Assembly (NCBI GenBank): GCA_050251945.1
Contig: JBFWLW010000003.1
Span: 273,848-337,847 of the forward strand
Direction: 5' to 3'
Length of the DNA: 64,000 nt
Source of the DNA: Deferribacterales bacterium
GTDB lineage: Bacteria; Chrysiogenota; Deferribacteres; Deferribacterales; Geovibrionaceae
Below are positions 28,628 through 39,440 of this stretch, piece after piece. The notes beneath the pieces are model-generated. The model was not told where the DNA came from and did no database searches. It saw only the letters and a list, made by a program, of their open reading frames with translations. A program made the translations under genes and the position numbers. Position 1 is the first letter of the stretch. Every line of letters begins with the position of its first letter.

Positions 28628-31424
28628 TCATATTATTATTAAAGGGGCAAGGCAGCATAATCTAAAGAATATCAATCTGAATATTCCAAAAAACAGGCTG
28701 GTGGTTATAACGGGGGTTTCCGGTTCAGGAAAATCCACACTCGCCTTTGACACTCTGTACGCAGAGGGTCAGAGACGCTATGTGGAGTCCCTTTCGGCTT
28801 ATGCCCGTCAGTTCCTTGAACTTATGGAAAAACCCGATGTGGATTCGATAGATTACCTTTCTCCTGCCATCAGCATCGAACAGAAATCAATCAGCCGCAA
28901 CCCGCGTTCAACTGTCGGCACGATCACGGAAATATACGATTATATGCGTCTGCTCTGGGCAAGAGCCGGAAAGGTCTACTGCTACAGCTGCGGGCGTGAG
29001 GTGGCGAGCTATTCCGTTCAGCAGATAGTCGACAGGATAATGTCGCTGGGAGAGGACGCAAAGGCGGAGCTTCTGGCTCCTGTCGTCCGCGGTAAAAAGG
29101 GCGAATATAAAAAACTCTTCGAGAAACTGCTGAAAGACGGATACGTCCGCGCATATGTAGACGGCGAAGTAAAACGTCTGGAAGAGCCTATCGAACTGGA
29201 CAAGAACGTCAAACACAGCATCTCCGTCGTCATCGACAGGCTTAAGATAAAAGAGGGCATAAAGCGCAGGCTGACGGATTCCGTTGAAACGGCGCTCAGG
29301 CTTGGCGAAGGACTTTGCGAGGTCGCAACGGACGACGGAATGAACCTCTATTCGCAGAATTTCACCTGTCCCGACTGCGATATCAGCATCGAAGAGGTTG
29401 AGCCCAGAAGTTTTTCGTTCAACAACCCGTTCGGCGCCTGTCCGGAGTGCGAAGGTCTCGGCGAAATGCAGGTGTTCGATATAGACTCCATAGTTCCCGA
29501 CCCGAAACTCAGCGTTCGCGAGGGCGCTCTCAAGCCTTGGGAACAATTTGATAATTTTCATTATTACAATACACTCGTGGCTTTGTCCGAACAGTTCGGC
29601 ATAGATATGAACAAGCCGTTCGGCTCTCTTGACAAGAAGCATCAGGATATCCTTTTGAACGGTATGGATGAACCCGTTAAGCTGTACACTTTCAAGGGAG
29701 AAAAAAAGATTCCCTATGAAAAAAGATTTACCGGTGTGTGCGGGTATCTTAAAGAGAAGCTTTATACGGGTACCGTGACGGACAAAGAGTTTGCAAAGCG
29801 CTTCATGTCGGCACAGGACTGCCCTTCATGCCACGGAAGCAGGCTGAAAAAAACCAGCCTTGCGGTGCGCATCGGAGACAGGAACATTGCCGAGGTTTCC
29901 GCAATGAACGTTAAAGAGGCGCTGGATTTCTTTTCCGCGCTGGAGTTTGACGGATTCATTAAAGAGGTTGCGGACAAGATAATTACAGAGATAAAACGCA
30001 GGCTGGCGTTTCTTAACGACGTCGGTCTGAACTACATAACCATAGAGCGCAAATCCGCTACACTGTCGGGCGGTGAGGCACAGCGTATCAGACTTGCCAC
30101 GCAGATAGGTTCGGGGCTTACGGGCGTGCTTTACGTCCTTGATGAGCCGAGCATCGGTCTGCACCAGCGCGACAACGATATGCTCATCGAGACGCTGAAA
30201 AACCTGCGGGATATCGGCAACTCTGTCATAGTTGTGGAACACGATGAGGACACCATAAACGCCTGCGATTTCATTATTGATATGGGTCCCGGTGCGGGCA
30301 GAAAGGGCGGAGAAGTGGTCTTTACCGGACATCCCGAACTGCTGAAACACAGCGAAACGTCATTGACGGGAATGTATATGTCCGGACGCAAAGTGATAGA
30401 GGTTCCGGCGGAGCGCAGAAAGCCCGACGGCAGATATATTGAGCTTAAGAACGCTACCGAACACAACCTGAGAAACGTCAGCGTCAAGATTCCGCTGGGT
30501 CTTATGGTCTGTGTTACCGGGGTTTCAGGCTCCGGTAAATCAACGCTTATCATGGATACCCTGCAGGCGGCTCTGAAAAAAGGACTGCTGGGAACCAACA
30601 TGAAGACCGGTGCATACGGAAGCATCACGGGTACGGAGCATCTGGATAAGGTCATTGATATTGACCAGTCGCCGATCGGCAGAACCCCCAGATCGAACCC
30701 GTCCACATATACGAGCCTGTTTTCGGATATCCGCGAAATGTTCGCCATGACGCCGGATGCCAAACTGCGCGGCTATAAAATCGGGCGTTTCAGCTTCAAC
30801 GTTAAGTCCGGGCGCTGTGAAACATGTCAGGGTGAGGGATACATCAAGATAGAGATGCACTTTCTGCCGGACATGTATGTTAAATGCGACTCGTGCCACG
30901 GCGCGAGATACAACCGCGATACGCTGGATATCAAGTACAAAGGCAAAAGTATTGCCGACGTTCTTGACATGACAGTCAATCAGGCATTTGAGTTTTTTGA
31001 AAATATTCCGAAGTTATGTAATAAGCTTTCGGTTTTAAAAGATGTCGGTTTAGGTTATATTAAACTCGGACAGCCCGCAACCACCCTCTCCGGAGGTGAG
31101 GCACAACGGGTGAAGCTCTCAAAAGAGCTTATGAAAAAGCCAACGGGCAAAACTATTTATATCTTCGATGAACCCACTACCGGTCTGCATTTTGATGATA
31201 TAAACAAGCTGATAGGCATTTTCAAAAAGCTGACCGAGAGCGGAAACACTGTCATTATCATTGAGCATAATCTTGATGTTATAAAGTGTGCCGACCACAT
31301 CATCGACCTCGGACCCGAAGGCGGGATAGGCGGGGGTGAGATCATCTTCGAGGGAACACCCGAAGACTGTGTGAAATGCAAACAGTCCTATACGGGCAAA
31401 TATCTGAAGGGAAAACTTTTGTAA
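28620..31424 (+). CDS. uvrA: Excinuclease ABC subunit A
   Basis: Two GVSGSGKS Walker A motifs, LSGGEAQR signatures, Zn fingers. Confidence 0.99.
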   Translation: MNDHIIIKGARQHNLKNINLNIPKNRLVVITGVSGSGKSTLAFDTLYAEGQRRYVESLSAYARQFLELMEKPDVDSIDYLSPAISIEQKSISRNPRSTVGTITEIYDYMRLLWARAGKVYCYSCGREVASYSVQQIVDRIMSLGEDAKAELLAPVVRGKKGEYKKLFEKLLKDGYVRAYVDGEVKRLEEPIELDKNVKHSISVVIDRLKIKEGIKRRLTDSVETALRLGEGLCEVATDDGMNLYSQNFTCPDCDISIEEVEPRSFSFNNPFGACPECEGLGEMQVFDIDSIVPDPKLSVREGALKPWEQFDNFHYYNTLVALSEQFGIDMNKPFGSLDKKHQDILLNGMDEPVKLYTFKGEKKIPYEKRFTGVCGYLKEKLYTGTVTDKEFAKRFMSAQDCPSCHGSRLKKTSLAVRIGDRNIAEVSAMNVKEALDFFSALEFDGFIKEVADKIITEIKRRLAFLNDVGLNYITIERKSATLSGGEAQRIRLATQIGSGLTGVLYVLDEPSIGLHQRDNDMLIETLKNLRDIGNSVIVVEHDEDTINACDFIIDMGPGAGRKGGEVVFTGHPELLKHSETSLTGMYMSGRKVIEVPAERRKPDGRYIELKNATEHNLRNVSVKIPLGLMVCVTGVSGSGKSTLIMDTLQAALKKGLLGTNMKTGAYGSITGTEHLDKVIDIDQSPIGRTPRSNPSTYTSLFSDIREMFAMTPDAKLRGYKIGRFSFNVKSGRCETCQGEGYIKIEMHFLPDMYVKCDSCHGARYNRDTLDIKYKGKSIADVLDMTVNQAFEFFENIPKLCNKLSVLKDVGLGYIKLGQPATTLSGGEAQRVKLSKELMKKPTGKTIYIFDEPTTGLHFDDINKLIGIFKKLTESGNTVIIIEHNLDVIKCADHIIDLGPEGGIGGGEIIFEGTPEDCVKCKQSYTGKYLKGKLL

Positions 31425-33218
31425 ATGAAAAAACTGTTACTGGCGCTTCTCATTGTTTTTACATGCCTCACGCTTTTTGCGGACGACATCGACGAATATA
31501 ACTCCGCAAAAAGAGATTTTGACTATATAGAACACTCCGACAAGGTTACTCGGCGTTCGTATCTAATTGTAGCTGATAAGTTTTATAAACTTTACGCTTC
31601 CGCACCGAAGGCAGAGACGGGGGACGATTCCCTTAATTATGCCGCCCAGACTTATTACAGAAGCTATTCCAGATTCGGATACCGCGACGATCTGCTCAAG
31701 GCGCTGCGTTATTTCAGAATTCTTTCCGGCAATTACGACACACCGCTCGCATCAAGAGCATACCTGCAATCAGCACGAATATACGAACAACAGAAGGATT
31801 ACCCTTCATCACAATATATGCTCCGTAAACTCATCTCCAAATTTCCTAAATCTGACGATGCTGCGGAAGCAAGAAACAAGCTTGGCGAGATAGATACAAG
31901 GTTCGCTACCAAGACCCCTTCGGACAAACCGAAGAAGCCTGAGCTTAAACCCAAGGCTCCGGTTAAGAGCGAAACTGTTGCATATCATCCCAAAGCCGAT
32001 GAGGACACTGCGGACAAAGCGCAGGTTTCAAACAGACAGACCAGTTTCGGCGATATCAATACTCCAGCCAGCCTGCCCGAAGGCAGAGCGGCTGTGAAGC
32101 GTATCAGATATTTCACCACACCTGACTATACCCGCGTGGTTATGGATCTTTCCGGTAAAATAGAGTTCGATAAACACTGGCTTAAGGCTGACCCGTCCAT
32201 ACAGAAGCCGCCGCGGCTTTTCATAGACCTCAACAACGTTGTGGTCTCTCCCGAAATACCGCAGGATATAGAGATAAAAGACGGTCTTCTGCGTTCGCTC
32301 CGCTGGGCATATAACAGACCCGGAGTTGCCCGGGTGGTTCTGGACAGCGACAACGTGCAGGACTTTACTGTTTTTGCAATGCCCGATCCCGACAGACTTG
32401 TTATAGATGTCAGCAACACAGCAGGAAGCCCGAAAGGACAGCCTGAACCCAAAGCACCAGTGAAAACGGAGGTTGCTTCATCTTCACCCGCGCCTTCCAT
32501 CAAAGGCACAGGCAGTGCCGCCACATTGGCGAGCGTTTTCGGACTTAAGATAAAAAGCATTGTGATCGACCCCGGTCACGGCGGAAAAGACCCCGGCGCA
32601 AGCTATTACGGCGTTAAAGAGAAAGATGTCGTTCTGGACATCGGTAAAGAGCTTTATGCCCTTATTAAAGAATCATATCCCAATATTGACGTATACATGA
32701 CAAGAAATACGGACGTATTTATACCCCTTGAAGAGAGAACCGCCTTTGCCAACAGGAAAAAGGCAGACCTGTTCGTTTCAGTTCACATCAACGCCGCGCC
32801 GAATAAAAGCGCAAGAGGTGTTGAAACCTACGTTCTGAACGTTACCAACGACAAGCGCGCTCTTGCCGTTGCGGCTCTGGAAAACCAGACGACGCAAAAA
32901 TCCATGTCGGATCTTCAGGGTATTCTGAAAGACCTGATGATGAACTCAAAACTGGAAGAATCGCTCCAGCTTGCGTCCTACGTTCAAAAGAACCTTCACA
33001 CCGGACTTTATACCGACGGCCGATATAACCTCGGCGTTAAGCAGGCTCCGTTCTATGTCCTTGTAGGTGCGATGATGCCCTCAATACTCGTTGAGTGCGG
33101 ATTTGTGTCGAATCAGGACGAGGCTGACAATCTTACCAAAGACAGCTATAGAAAAGAGATCGCAAAAGGTATATTCCAGGGCGTGACATCTTACATTAAA
33201 CAGTTTAACGGTAATTAA
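31425..33218 (+). CDS. N-acetylmuramoyl-L-alanine amidase (TPR-like plus AMIN plus Amidase_3)
   Basis: IDPGHGGKDPGA, EKDVVL, SVHINA, ILVECGFVSN; AMIN-like PPRLFIDL and PDRLVIDV. Confidence 0.92.
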   Translation: MKKLLLALLIVFTCLTLFADDIDEYNSAKRDFDYIEHSDKVTRRSYLIVADKFYKLYASAPKAETGDDSLNYAAQTYYRSYSRFGYRDDLLKALRYFRILSGNYDTPLASRAYLQSARIYEQQKDYPSSQYMLRKLISKFPKSDDAAEARNKLGEIDTRFATKTPSDKPKKPELKPKAPVKSETVAYHPKADEDTADKAQVSNRQTSFGDINTPASLPEGRAAVKRIRYFTTPDYTRVVMDLSGKIEFDKHWLKADPSIQKPPRLFIDLNNVVVSPEIPQDIEIKDGLLRSLRWAYNRPGVARVVLDSDNVQDFTVFAMPDPDRLVIDVSNTAGSPKGQPEPKAPVKTEVASSSPAPSIKGTGSAATLASVFGLKIKSIVIDPGHGGKDPGASYYGVKEKDVVLDIGKELYALIKESYPNIDVYMTRNTDVFIPLEERTAFANRKKADLFVSVHINAAPNKSARGVETYVLNVTNDKRALAVAALENQTTQKSMSDLQGILKDLMMNSKLEESLQLASYVQKNLHTGLYTDGRYNLGVKQAPFYVLVGAMMPSILVECGFVSNQDEADNLTKDSYRKEIAKGIFQGVTSYIKQFNGN

Positions 33219-33244
33219 AGACTACTTTTTTAATCGGAGACGCT

Positions 33245-34603
33245 ATGAATCTTATGGTGCTTATCCTTGCGGCGGGCAAAGGGACACGTATGAAGTCCGA
33301 CACGCCGAAAGTGCTTTTCAAAGCGGCAGGCAGACCTATGGTCGATTACGTTGTAGATGCGGCATCCGAACTTGGAGCGGAACGCATCAACGTTGTCATA
33401 GGAAACGGTGCGGAACTTGTTCAGAAACATCTGGCGGGGAAAGCGGAATTTTCTGTGCAGACGCAGCAGCGCGGCACAGGCGACGCTGTTATGGCGGCGG
33501 CAGACAGCATAAACAATTTCAGCGGAAAGGTTCTGATACTCTGCGGGGACATGCCCCTTGTTAAATCAGAAACCCTGAAAAGCTTCATTGAAGAGGCTGA
33601 GAAACATCCGGTGGCTTTCATGTCCGTGAAGGTGAAAAATCCTTTCGGCTACGGCAGGGTGATTCGCGGGGTAGACGATTCTGTGATCAAAATTGTTGAG
33701 GAAAAGGACGCCACAGAAGATGAAAAACGCGAAGACGAAATAAATACGGGAATATATCTGTGCGACAGCAAAGAGCTTATGGCGAGACTGGCGGAAGTCG
33801 ACTGCAACAACGCGCAGGGCGAATATTACCTGACTGATATAGTGAAAAAAGGCGCTTACGCGCACCTTTGCAAAGACGAGACCGAGTTCTTAGGTGTCAA
33901 TAACCGCGTTCAGCTTGCGGAAGCGTCCCGTGTCCTTTGGGACAGGGTTGCCGAAAGACACATGATGAACGGCGTTTCCATACTCGACCCCAAGAACTTT
34001 TACTGCGACTGCACTGTCGAAATAGATAACGACGTAACCGTCTATCCCAACGTTTTCCTTGAGGGCGACACTAAGATAGGCAAAGGGAGCATCGTTTACT
34101 CCGGTACGAGGATAAAGGACAGCGTTATCGCTGAAAACTGCGAGATAAAAGAGAACTGCCTCATAACCGAAAGCCATGTCGGAGCGGAAAGCCATATCGG
34201 CCCCATGGCGCATCTTCGCCCGGGCAGTGTGCTTGAGGGTGAAAATAAGGTAGGTAACTTTGTCGAGCTTAAAAAAGCTAAGATGGGTACCGGTTCCAAA
34301 TCCAGCCACCTTACATACCTCGGCGATGCCGAGATAGGCAGGGATGTGAATATCGGCTGCGGAACCATCACATGCAATTATGACGGATACAGCAAATATA
34401 AGACAATAATTGAGGACGGAGTGTTCGTCGGCAGTGACGTTCAGCTTGTGGCACCTGTAAAGGTGGGCAGGGGCGCACTCATCGCAGCGGGTTCCACCAT
34501 CACCAAGGACGTACCCGCCGATGCGCTGGGTATCACCCGCGCGAAACAGCAGAACATGGAGGGCTGGGTCTCTTCATGGAAAAAGAAAAAAGGGGTTGAA
34601 TGA
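33245..34603 (+). CDS. glmU: Bifunctional UDP-GlcNAc pyrophosphorylase/acetyltransferase
   Basis: ILAAGKGTRMKS, NAQGEYYLTD, GTITCNYDG. Confidence 0.98.
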   Translation: MNLMVLILAAGKGTRMKSDTPKVLFKAAGRPMVDYVVDAASELGAERINVVIGNGAELVQKHLAGKAEFSVQTQQRGTGDAVMAAADSINNFSGKVLILCGDMPLVKSETLKSFIEEAEKHPVAFMSVKVKNPFGYGRVIRGVDDSVIKIVEEKDATEDEKREDEINTGIYLCDSKELMARLAEVDCNNAQGEYYLTDIVKKGAYAHLCKDETEFLGVNNRVQLAEASRVLWDRVAERHMMNGVSILDPKNFYCDCTVEIDNDVTVYPNVFLEGDTKIGKGSIVYSGTRIKDSVIAENCEIKENCLITESHVGAESHIGPMAHLRPGSVLEGENKVGNFVELKKAKMGTGSKSSHLTYLGDAEIGRDVNIGCGTITCNYDGYSKYKTIIEDGVFVGSDVQLVAPVKVGRGALIAAGSTITKDVPADALGITRAKQQNMEGWVSSWKKKKGVE

Positions 34604-34606
34604 TAT

Positions 34607-36430
34607 ATGTGCGGCATAGTCGGATATATTGGAGAACAGACAGCATCCCACATACTTGTGGAAGGTCTTACAAAGCTTGAATACAGAGGATACGATTCCG
34701 CAGGACTTGCACTTATGGAGGCGGAAGGCATAGAGATTGAACGCAGTGTGGGCAAGCTGATAAATCTGAAAAATCAGATAGCTCAGAAGCAGTTCACAGC
34801 CAGACTCGGAATCGGTCACACCCGATGGGCGACACACGGCAAGCCTTCTTTTGAGAACGCGCATCCTCACAGATCGAACGAGCTTGCCATAGTTCATAAC
34901 GGCATAATAGAAAACTATCTGGAACTGAAGAAGTTCCTGCTGGATAAAGGGTACACCTTTGCGTCGGAAACTGACACAGAGGTTGTCGCCCACATGATAC
35001 ACGAGAACTACGAAGGCGACCTGCTTAAAAGCGTGCAGAAAACTCTGAAACAGGTTCACGGATCATACGGTCTCGCCATAATCAGCGAAAAAGAGCCTGA
35101 CAGGATAATCATAGCCAGAAAGGACAGCCCCCTCGTTATAGGCGTGGGCGATGGCGAAATGTTCGCCGCAAGCGATATACCCGCTGTTCTGTCACATACG
35201 CGCCGCTTCATATTTATGGAAGACGGTGACGTTGCCTGCCTGAAAAAAGACGGCTATCAGATATACGACAAGGACGATAAACCTGTTGCGAGGGAGATAA
35301 AGGTCATTGACTGGAACCCTGTGATGGCGGAAAAGGCCGGCTACAGCCACTTTATGCAGAAAGAAATACACGAACAGCCCAGAGCCATCATAGACACTAT
35401 CCGCGGCAAGTTCAGCCTTGAGAACGGAACAATCGGCAAAGAACTGCTCGAAGGCATTCAGGACAGAATAAACAGCTTTAACCGTATCGTGATAGTTGCG
35501 TGCGGGACAAGCTGGCACGCCGGACTTATCGGTAAATTCTACATCGAAAAATTCGCAAAGATACCAGTCGAAGTGGATATTGCGTCTGAATTCAGATACA
35601 GAGACCTTGTTATCGACGACAAGACACTTTTTGTCGCCATAACACAGTCGGGAGAAACCGCAGATACGCTTTCCGCCATGCGCATAGCCAAAAAGATGGG
35701 CGCTGCCGTTGCGGCGGTATGCAACGTGGTGGGGTCGTCGGTATCCCGCGAGGCTGACAGCACTGTTTATACCCACGCAGGTCCTGAGATCGGCGTTGCG
35801 TCGACAAAAGCGTTTACAACTCAGGTGGCAAGCCTGTTCCTTTTCGCACTCCAGCTTGCACAGACGAGAAAGACCCTTTCTGCGGAACAGATAAGATATT
35901 ATCTTCAGGAACTCGTCAAAGTTCCCGAATCAATAGAAAAAGTGCTTAAACAGGAAGAAGATATTCTTGCCCTTGCAAAAAAATTCAAAGATGCAAGAGA
36001 TTTCCTTTATCTGGGCAGAAACGTTAACTATCCCATAGCGCTTGAAGGCGCACTCAAACTGAAAGAGATATCGTATATCCATGCGGAAGGATATCCGGCG
36101 GGTGAGATGAAGCACGGTCCCATTGCACTTATAGATGAAAACCTTCCCGTGTTTATCATATGTCCTCAGTCGTCCGTATATGAAAAGATAGCCTCCAATG
36201 TTCAGGAGGTAAAATCCAGAGACGGTATAGTTATCGCCGTTGTGACAGAGGGCGACACGGGACTTGATAAGCTGGCTGATTATAAGATAGAGATCCCTGC
36301 CATTGCCGAGGAACTTTCGGTGTTTCCATCCGTGGTGGTGACGCAGATATTCTCATATTATGTGGCGAGTCTTCTGGGGCTTGATGTAGATCAGCCCCGA
36401 AATCTGGCTAAATCTGTTACTGTTGAATAA
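34607..36430 (+). CDS. glmS: Glutamine-fructose-6-phosphate transaminase
   Basis: MCGIVGY, LEYRGYDSAG, GHTRWATHG, C-terminal PRNLAKSVTVE (the region TnsD recognises in canonical Tn7). Confidence 0.99.
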   Translation: MCGIVGYIGEQTASHILVEGLTKLEYRGYDSAGLALMEAEGIEIERSVGKLINLKNQIAQKQFTARLGIGHTRWATHGKPSFENAHPHRSNELAIVHNGIIENYLELKKFLLDKGYTFASETDTEVVAHMIHENYEGDLLKSVQKTLKQVHGSYGLAIISEKEPDRIIIARKDSPLVIGVGDGEMFAASDIPAVLSHTRRFIFMEDGDVACLKKDGYQIYDKDDKPVAREIKVIDWNPVMAEKAGYSHFMQKEIHEQPRAIIDTIRGKFSLENGTIGKELLEGIQDRINSFNRIVIVACGTSWHAGLIGKFYIEKFAKIPVEVDIASEFRYRDLVIDDKTLFVAITQSGETADTLSAMRIAKKMGAAVAAVCNVVGSSVSREADSTVYTHAGPEIGVASTKAFTTQVASLFLFALQLAQTRKTLSAEQIRYYLQELVKVPESIEKVLKQEEDILALAKKFKDARDFLYLGRNVNYPIALEGALKLKEISYIHAEGYPAGEMKHGPIALIDENLPVFIICPQSSVYEKIASNVQEVKSRDGIVIAVVTEGDTGLDKLADYKIEIPAIAEELSVFPSVVVTQIFSYYVASLLGLDVDQPRNLAKSVTVE

Positions 36431-36434
36431 TTGC

Positions 36435-36462
36435 GGGCGGCTTTGTGCCGCCCTTTTGTTTT
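36435..36462 (+). terminator. glmS intrinsic terminator, interrupted by the Tn7 insertion
   Basis: GGGCGGC-TTTGT-GCCGCCC hairpin followed by TTTTGTTTT. Confidence 0.8.
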
Positions 36463-36545
36463 GGTAAAATATAGTTGGGTAAAAGTCAAATGAGTCGGGT
36501 TAAGGTAAAATAAGTTGGGTATAAGAAAAATAAGTCGGGAGAAAT
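36457..36545 (+). repeat. Tn7 glmS-proximal (right-type) end with four tandem TnsB-binding sites
   Basis: AAATATAGTTGGGT, AAATGAGTCGGGT, AAATAAGTTGGGT, AAATAAGTCGGGA at 20-bp period. Confidence 0.9.
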
Positions 36546-36563
36546 CCCGGCTTTTTTGTTTTT
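36532..36563 (+). terminator. Intrinsic terminator inside the Tn7 end
   Basis: AAGTCGGGA-GAAA-TCCCGGCTT hairpin followed by TTTTGTTTTT. Confidence 0.7.
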
Positions 36564-36565
36564 GG

Positions 36566-36574
36566 TGTTATACT
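36566..36574 (+). promoter_or_regulatory. Extended -10 promoter candidate for tnsA
   Basis: TG-T-TATACT ending 5 nt before the tnsA ATG; no Shine-Dalgarno. Confidence 0.55.
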
Positions 36575-36579
36575 GACTT

Positions 36580-37374
36580 ATGGCAACAAGGTTTGACGAA
36601 AAAACAATTCAAAAAAGATTGGCTGAAGGACGGGGCAAAGGCGAGTATGGAAATTACAAACCTTGGCTGACTGTTCGTGATGTCAGTTCATCAAAAAGCA
36701 GATCAAACAGACCTCTCGGTTGGAAAACCGGCAGGCCGCACCAATTATTGTCAGACAACGAATTTAAATATTTTCTGTATCTGGAGTGGGCGGAAAATGT
36801 TCTGGATATAAGGGAGCAATTTCCTTTGGATAGAGAAGATACAGTAAGGATTTCAAAAGAGACAGGAATCAAACATCCATTCATGTACGAGACCTATCAG
36901 GTCTTATCAACGGATTTTCTTATCCTTTTAGACGACGGCAGGTTTATTGCTAGAACCTTTAAGGAAGCAAAAGACCTAGAGAATAGACGAAACTTGGAAA
37001 AGTTGAGTATTGAGCAAATTTACTGGCAGGAAAAAGATGTTGACTGGGGAATCGTTACCAACAATGAGCTTGATCCAGTATTTGTACGAAATGTATCTCT
37101 GCTTCATGGTTTCAGAAAGACTGCGGAAGAAATCAATAATCCGGCGGCTCTGAAAAGGATAATTGGGCTGATAAGAAGTTCAAATTGCCTTATTTCAGAG
37201 ATTCTGGAAGAGACCGACGCTATGTTAGGCCTTGTTCATGGCACTTCGCTGTCACTTTATAAAAGTGCTGTTGCGAATAAGATTATTTTGATGGACATGT
37301 TCAAACCTTTTACAATAAATGCTTATACTGAGGAACTCATTGTTGTTAAAGATTTTATGGAGCATTCAGCATGA
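36580..37374 (+). CDS. tnsA: Tn7 TnsA endonuclease
   Basis: EGRGKGEYGNYKPWLTVRDVSS, HQLLSDNE, DIREQFPL, STDFLI, LEKLSIEQIYW. Confidence 0.95.
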   Translation: MATRFDEKTIQKRLAEGRGKGEYGNYKPWLTVRDVSSSKSRSNRPLGWKTGRPHQLLSDNEFKYFLYLEWAENVLDIREQFPLDREDTVRISKETGIKHPFMYETYQVLSTDFLILLDDGRFIARTFKEAKDLENRRNLEKLSIEQIYWQEKDVDWGIVTNNELDPVFVRNVSLLHGFRKTAEEINNPAALKRIIGLIRSSNCLISEILEETDAMLGLVHGTSLSLYKSAVANKIILMDMFKPFTINAYTEELIVVKDFMEHSA

Positions 37375-39440
37375 TTTCAGTTAATCAGGTTCTCAAGTTT
37401 AATGATGATAGACTCGTAAGAGTATTATGGGTTTCTGAGGACTACAGCAGAGCTTTTGTTATTGGTTTTGATGACAGAGCGATTCCTGAAGCATTTTCCA
37501 TTGCCGAGCTTGAACGGTTAGAGTCAGTCAATGATGTCCACTCATACAATTTTGATGAAGATGAAATACCGACAAATTACATTTTAAAAAGAAATGCAGT
37601 ATGGGATGATCTTAAAAAGATTGTTTTTATTGAACCAGACATCTATTTGAAAAATAAAAGAAACAAAATAATAAGTGAAGCAATGCCTCAGTCAAGTTTG
37701 GCGAATAAATCATTTTATAAATACCTGAAAAGATACTGGCAGCGTGGAAAAACGATCAACGCACTCCTGCCTGATTATAATAACTGCGGCAAAGGCAGCA
37801 AAGATGGTGATACAAAACTTGCCGGCAGAAAACCGAAATATGAATCAAATGTTAAAGCCATTGTTATTTCAACAAAAATAGAAAAAATATTCAATGCCGT
37901 GTTTAGGGAATACAATAAAAGCGCTGACAGGAAAAGCCTCAGAAAAGCATATGATGACATGAAGACTGAGTATTTTCGTGAAGAAATGGAAAAACTTGAA
38001 GGTGTTAGCAGAATTCCTTCTTACAGGCAGTTTGTTAGAAGATACAACCAGAATCATAGTGTTGATGACAAGTTGAAAAACAAAAAAGGTGAAAAAACAT
38101 ACGATAAAGACCATCGACCTATACTTGGGCAATCTACACGTGAAGCATATGGTCCAGGCAGTAAATATCAGATAGATGCCACTATAGGTGACGTGTATTT
38201 GCTTTCAGAGTTTAATAGAGCAAATATTATAGGACGCCCTGTCATTTATTTCTGCATTGACGTTTTCAGCCGAATGGTTGCCGGGATGTATGTTGGACTT
38301 GAAGGACCGTCTATGGCCGGTGCGGCAATGGCTATAATCAATTGCGCAGAGGATAAGGTGCAGTTTTGTAAGAAATACGGCGTGGAAGTCAGTAAAGAGG
38401 ACTGGCCTGTTGAGAATCTCCCTGCAGCATTTCTCGGTGATAATGGAGAGATGAAAGGAATCACGCCTGAAAACTTAATACAACTCTTTGGAATAAAAAT
38501 TGAGAATACAGGGACGTACAGGGCAGATGCAAAAGGGATTGTCGAAAGATTCTTTAAGACAATGAACGATAAGGTTAAACCTGAGCTCCCGGGATTTGTC
38601 CTGCCTGATCACAGACAAAGGGGCGGCAGTGATTACAGGCTTGATGCCACTATGACTCTGGATGAATTCACTGCATATCTCATACCTAAAATCATTCTGC
38701 ATAATAGGAGTATAATTTCTGGATATCCTTTCGATGAAGAAATTGAAAAAGCAGATGTTATGCACAGACCAAAGGATTTGTGGGCATGGGGCGTAATGAA
38801 CAGAGCCGGACTTTTAAGAAGTGTTGATATGGATCAATTGAAAGCGTGTCTTCTCAAGCATAAAGAAGCCACTGTGACTGCGCAAGGGATTAGACTGCAT
38901 GAAGATTTGCATTACACGGCTCCGATAGCACTTGAAAGAAGCTGGTTTACTCGGTATGAAGGCAGAAAATCTTTCAAAGTACCCTTAGCCTATAATCCAC
39001 GAAATCTCAGAGAAGCGTATATATATTTTGATAAGAAATACTACAGGGCTTATCCTACAATAGAATCTGACGTATTGAAGTATAATCTTGAAGACTATCA
39101 ATATCGGCAGGAGCTTATCAAATATCAGATAAAAAAGGATGAGCGTAATGCCCTGAAAGACAGTTTGAATGAGTATGACCTGTCAAAAAAGATATTGAAT
39201 AATGCTGTTCAAAAGACTGCTGAAACACCTGTTTATGAAAGTAAGACCAGGAGAGTTAACAATATAAGGGAAAATAGAAAACTTGAAAAAGAAGTCCGCA
39301 GACATAAGGATGTTGTCGATAATACAGCAGAATTGGCTGATGTTATCAGTATCAAAACAAAAGAAGAGTACAACCCTAAAAAGGCTGAAGCTGATAGGTT
39401 GAGGAAATTGAGAAACCTCAAGTTAGGTAAAGATGATTAA
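37371..39440 (+). CDS. tnsB: Tn7 TnsB DDE transposase
   Basis: RYWQRGK, GPGSKYQIDATIGD, IDVFSRMVAG, GDNGE, KGIVERFF; start overlaps tnsA stop. Confidence 0.95.
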   Translation: MISVNQVLKFNDDRLVRVLWVSEDYSRAFVIGFDDRAIPEAFSIAELERLESVNDVHSYNFDEDEIPTNYILKRNAVWDDLKKIVFIEPDIYLKNKRNKIISEAMPQSSLANKSFYKYLKRYWQRGKTINALLPDYNNCGKGSKDGDTKLAGRKPKYESNVKAIVISTKIEKIFNAVFREYNKSADRKSLRKAYDDMKTEYFREEMEKLEGVSRIPSYRQFVRRYNQNHSVDDKLKNKKGEKTYDKDHRPILGQSTREAYGPGSKYQIDATIGDVYLLSEFNRANIIGRPVIYFCIDVFSRMVAGMYVGLEGPSMAGAAMAIINCAEDKVQFCKKYGVEVSKEDWPVENLPAAFLGDNGEMKGITPENLIQLFGIKIENTGTYRADAKGIVERFFKTMNDKVKPELPGFVLPDHRQRGGSDYRLDATMTLDEFTAYLIPKIILHNRSIISGYPFDEEIEKADVMHRPKDLWAWGVMNRAGLLRSVDMDQLKACLLKHKEATVTAQGIRLHEDLHYTAPIALERSWFTRYEGRKSFKVPLAYNPRNLREAYIYFDKKYYRAYPTIESDVLKYNLEDYQYRQELIKYQIKKDERNALKDSLNEYDLSKKILNNAVQKTAETPVYESKTRRVNNIRENRKLEKEVRRHKDVVDNTAELADVISIKTKEEYNPKKAEADRLRKLRNLKLGKDD

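Noticed and set aside
30950..31220. AT-richer patch inside uvrA as an insertion or intein
   Set aside because: The protein is colinear with normal UvrA motifs and of ordinary length.
36465..36545. 20-bp-period repeats as a mini CRISPR array or CAST homing array
   Set aside because: There are no spacers, the same motif appears inverted at the other end, and no cas gene lies in the element. They are TnsB sites.
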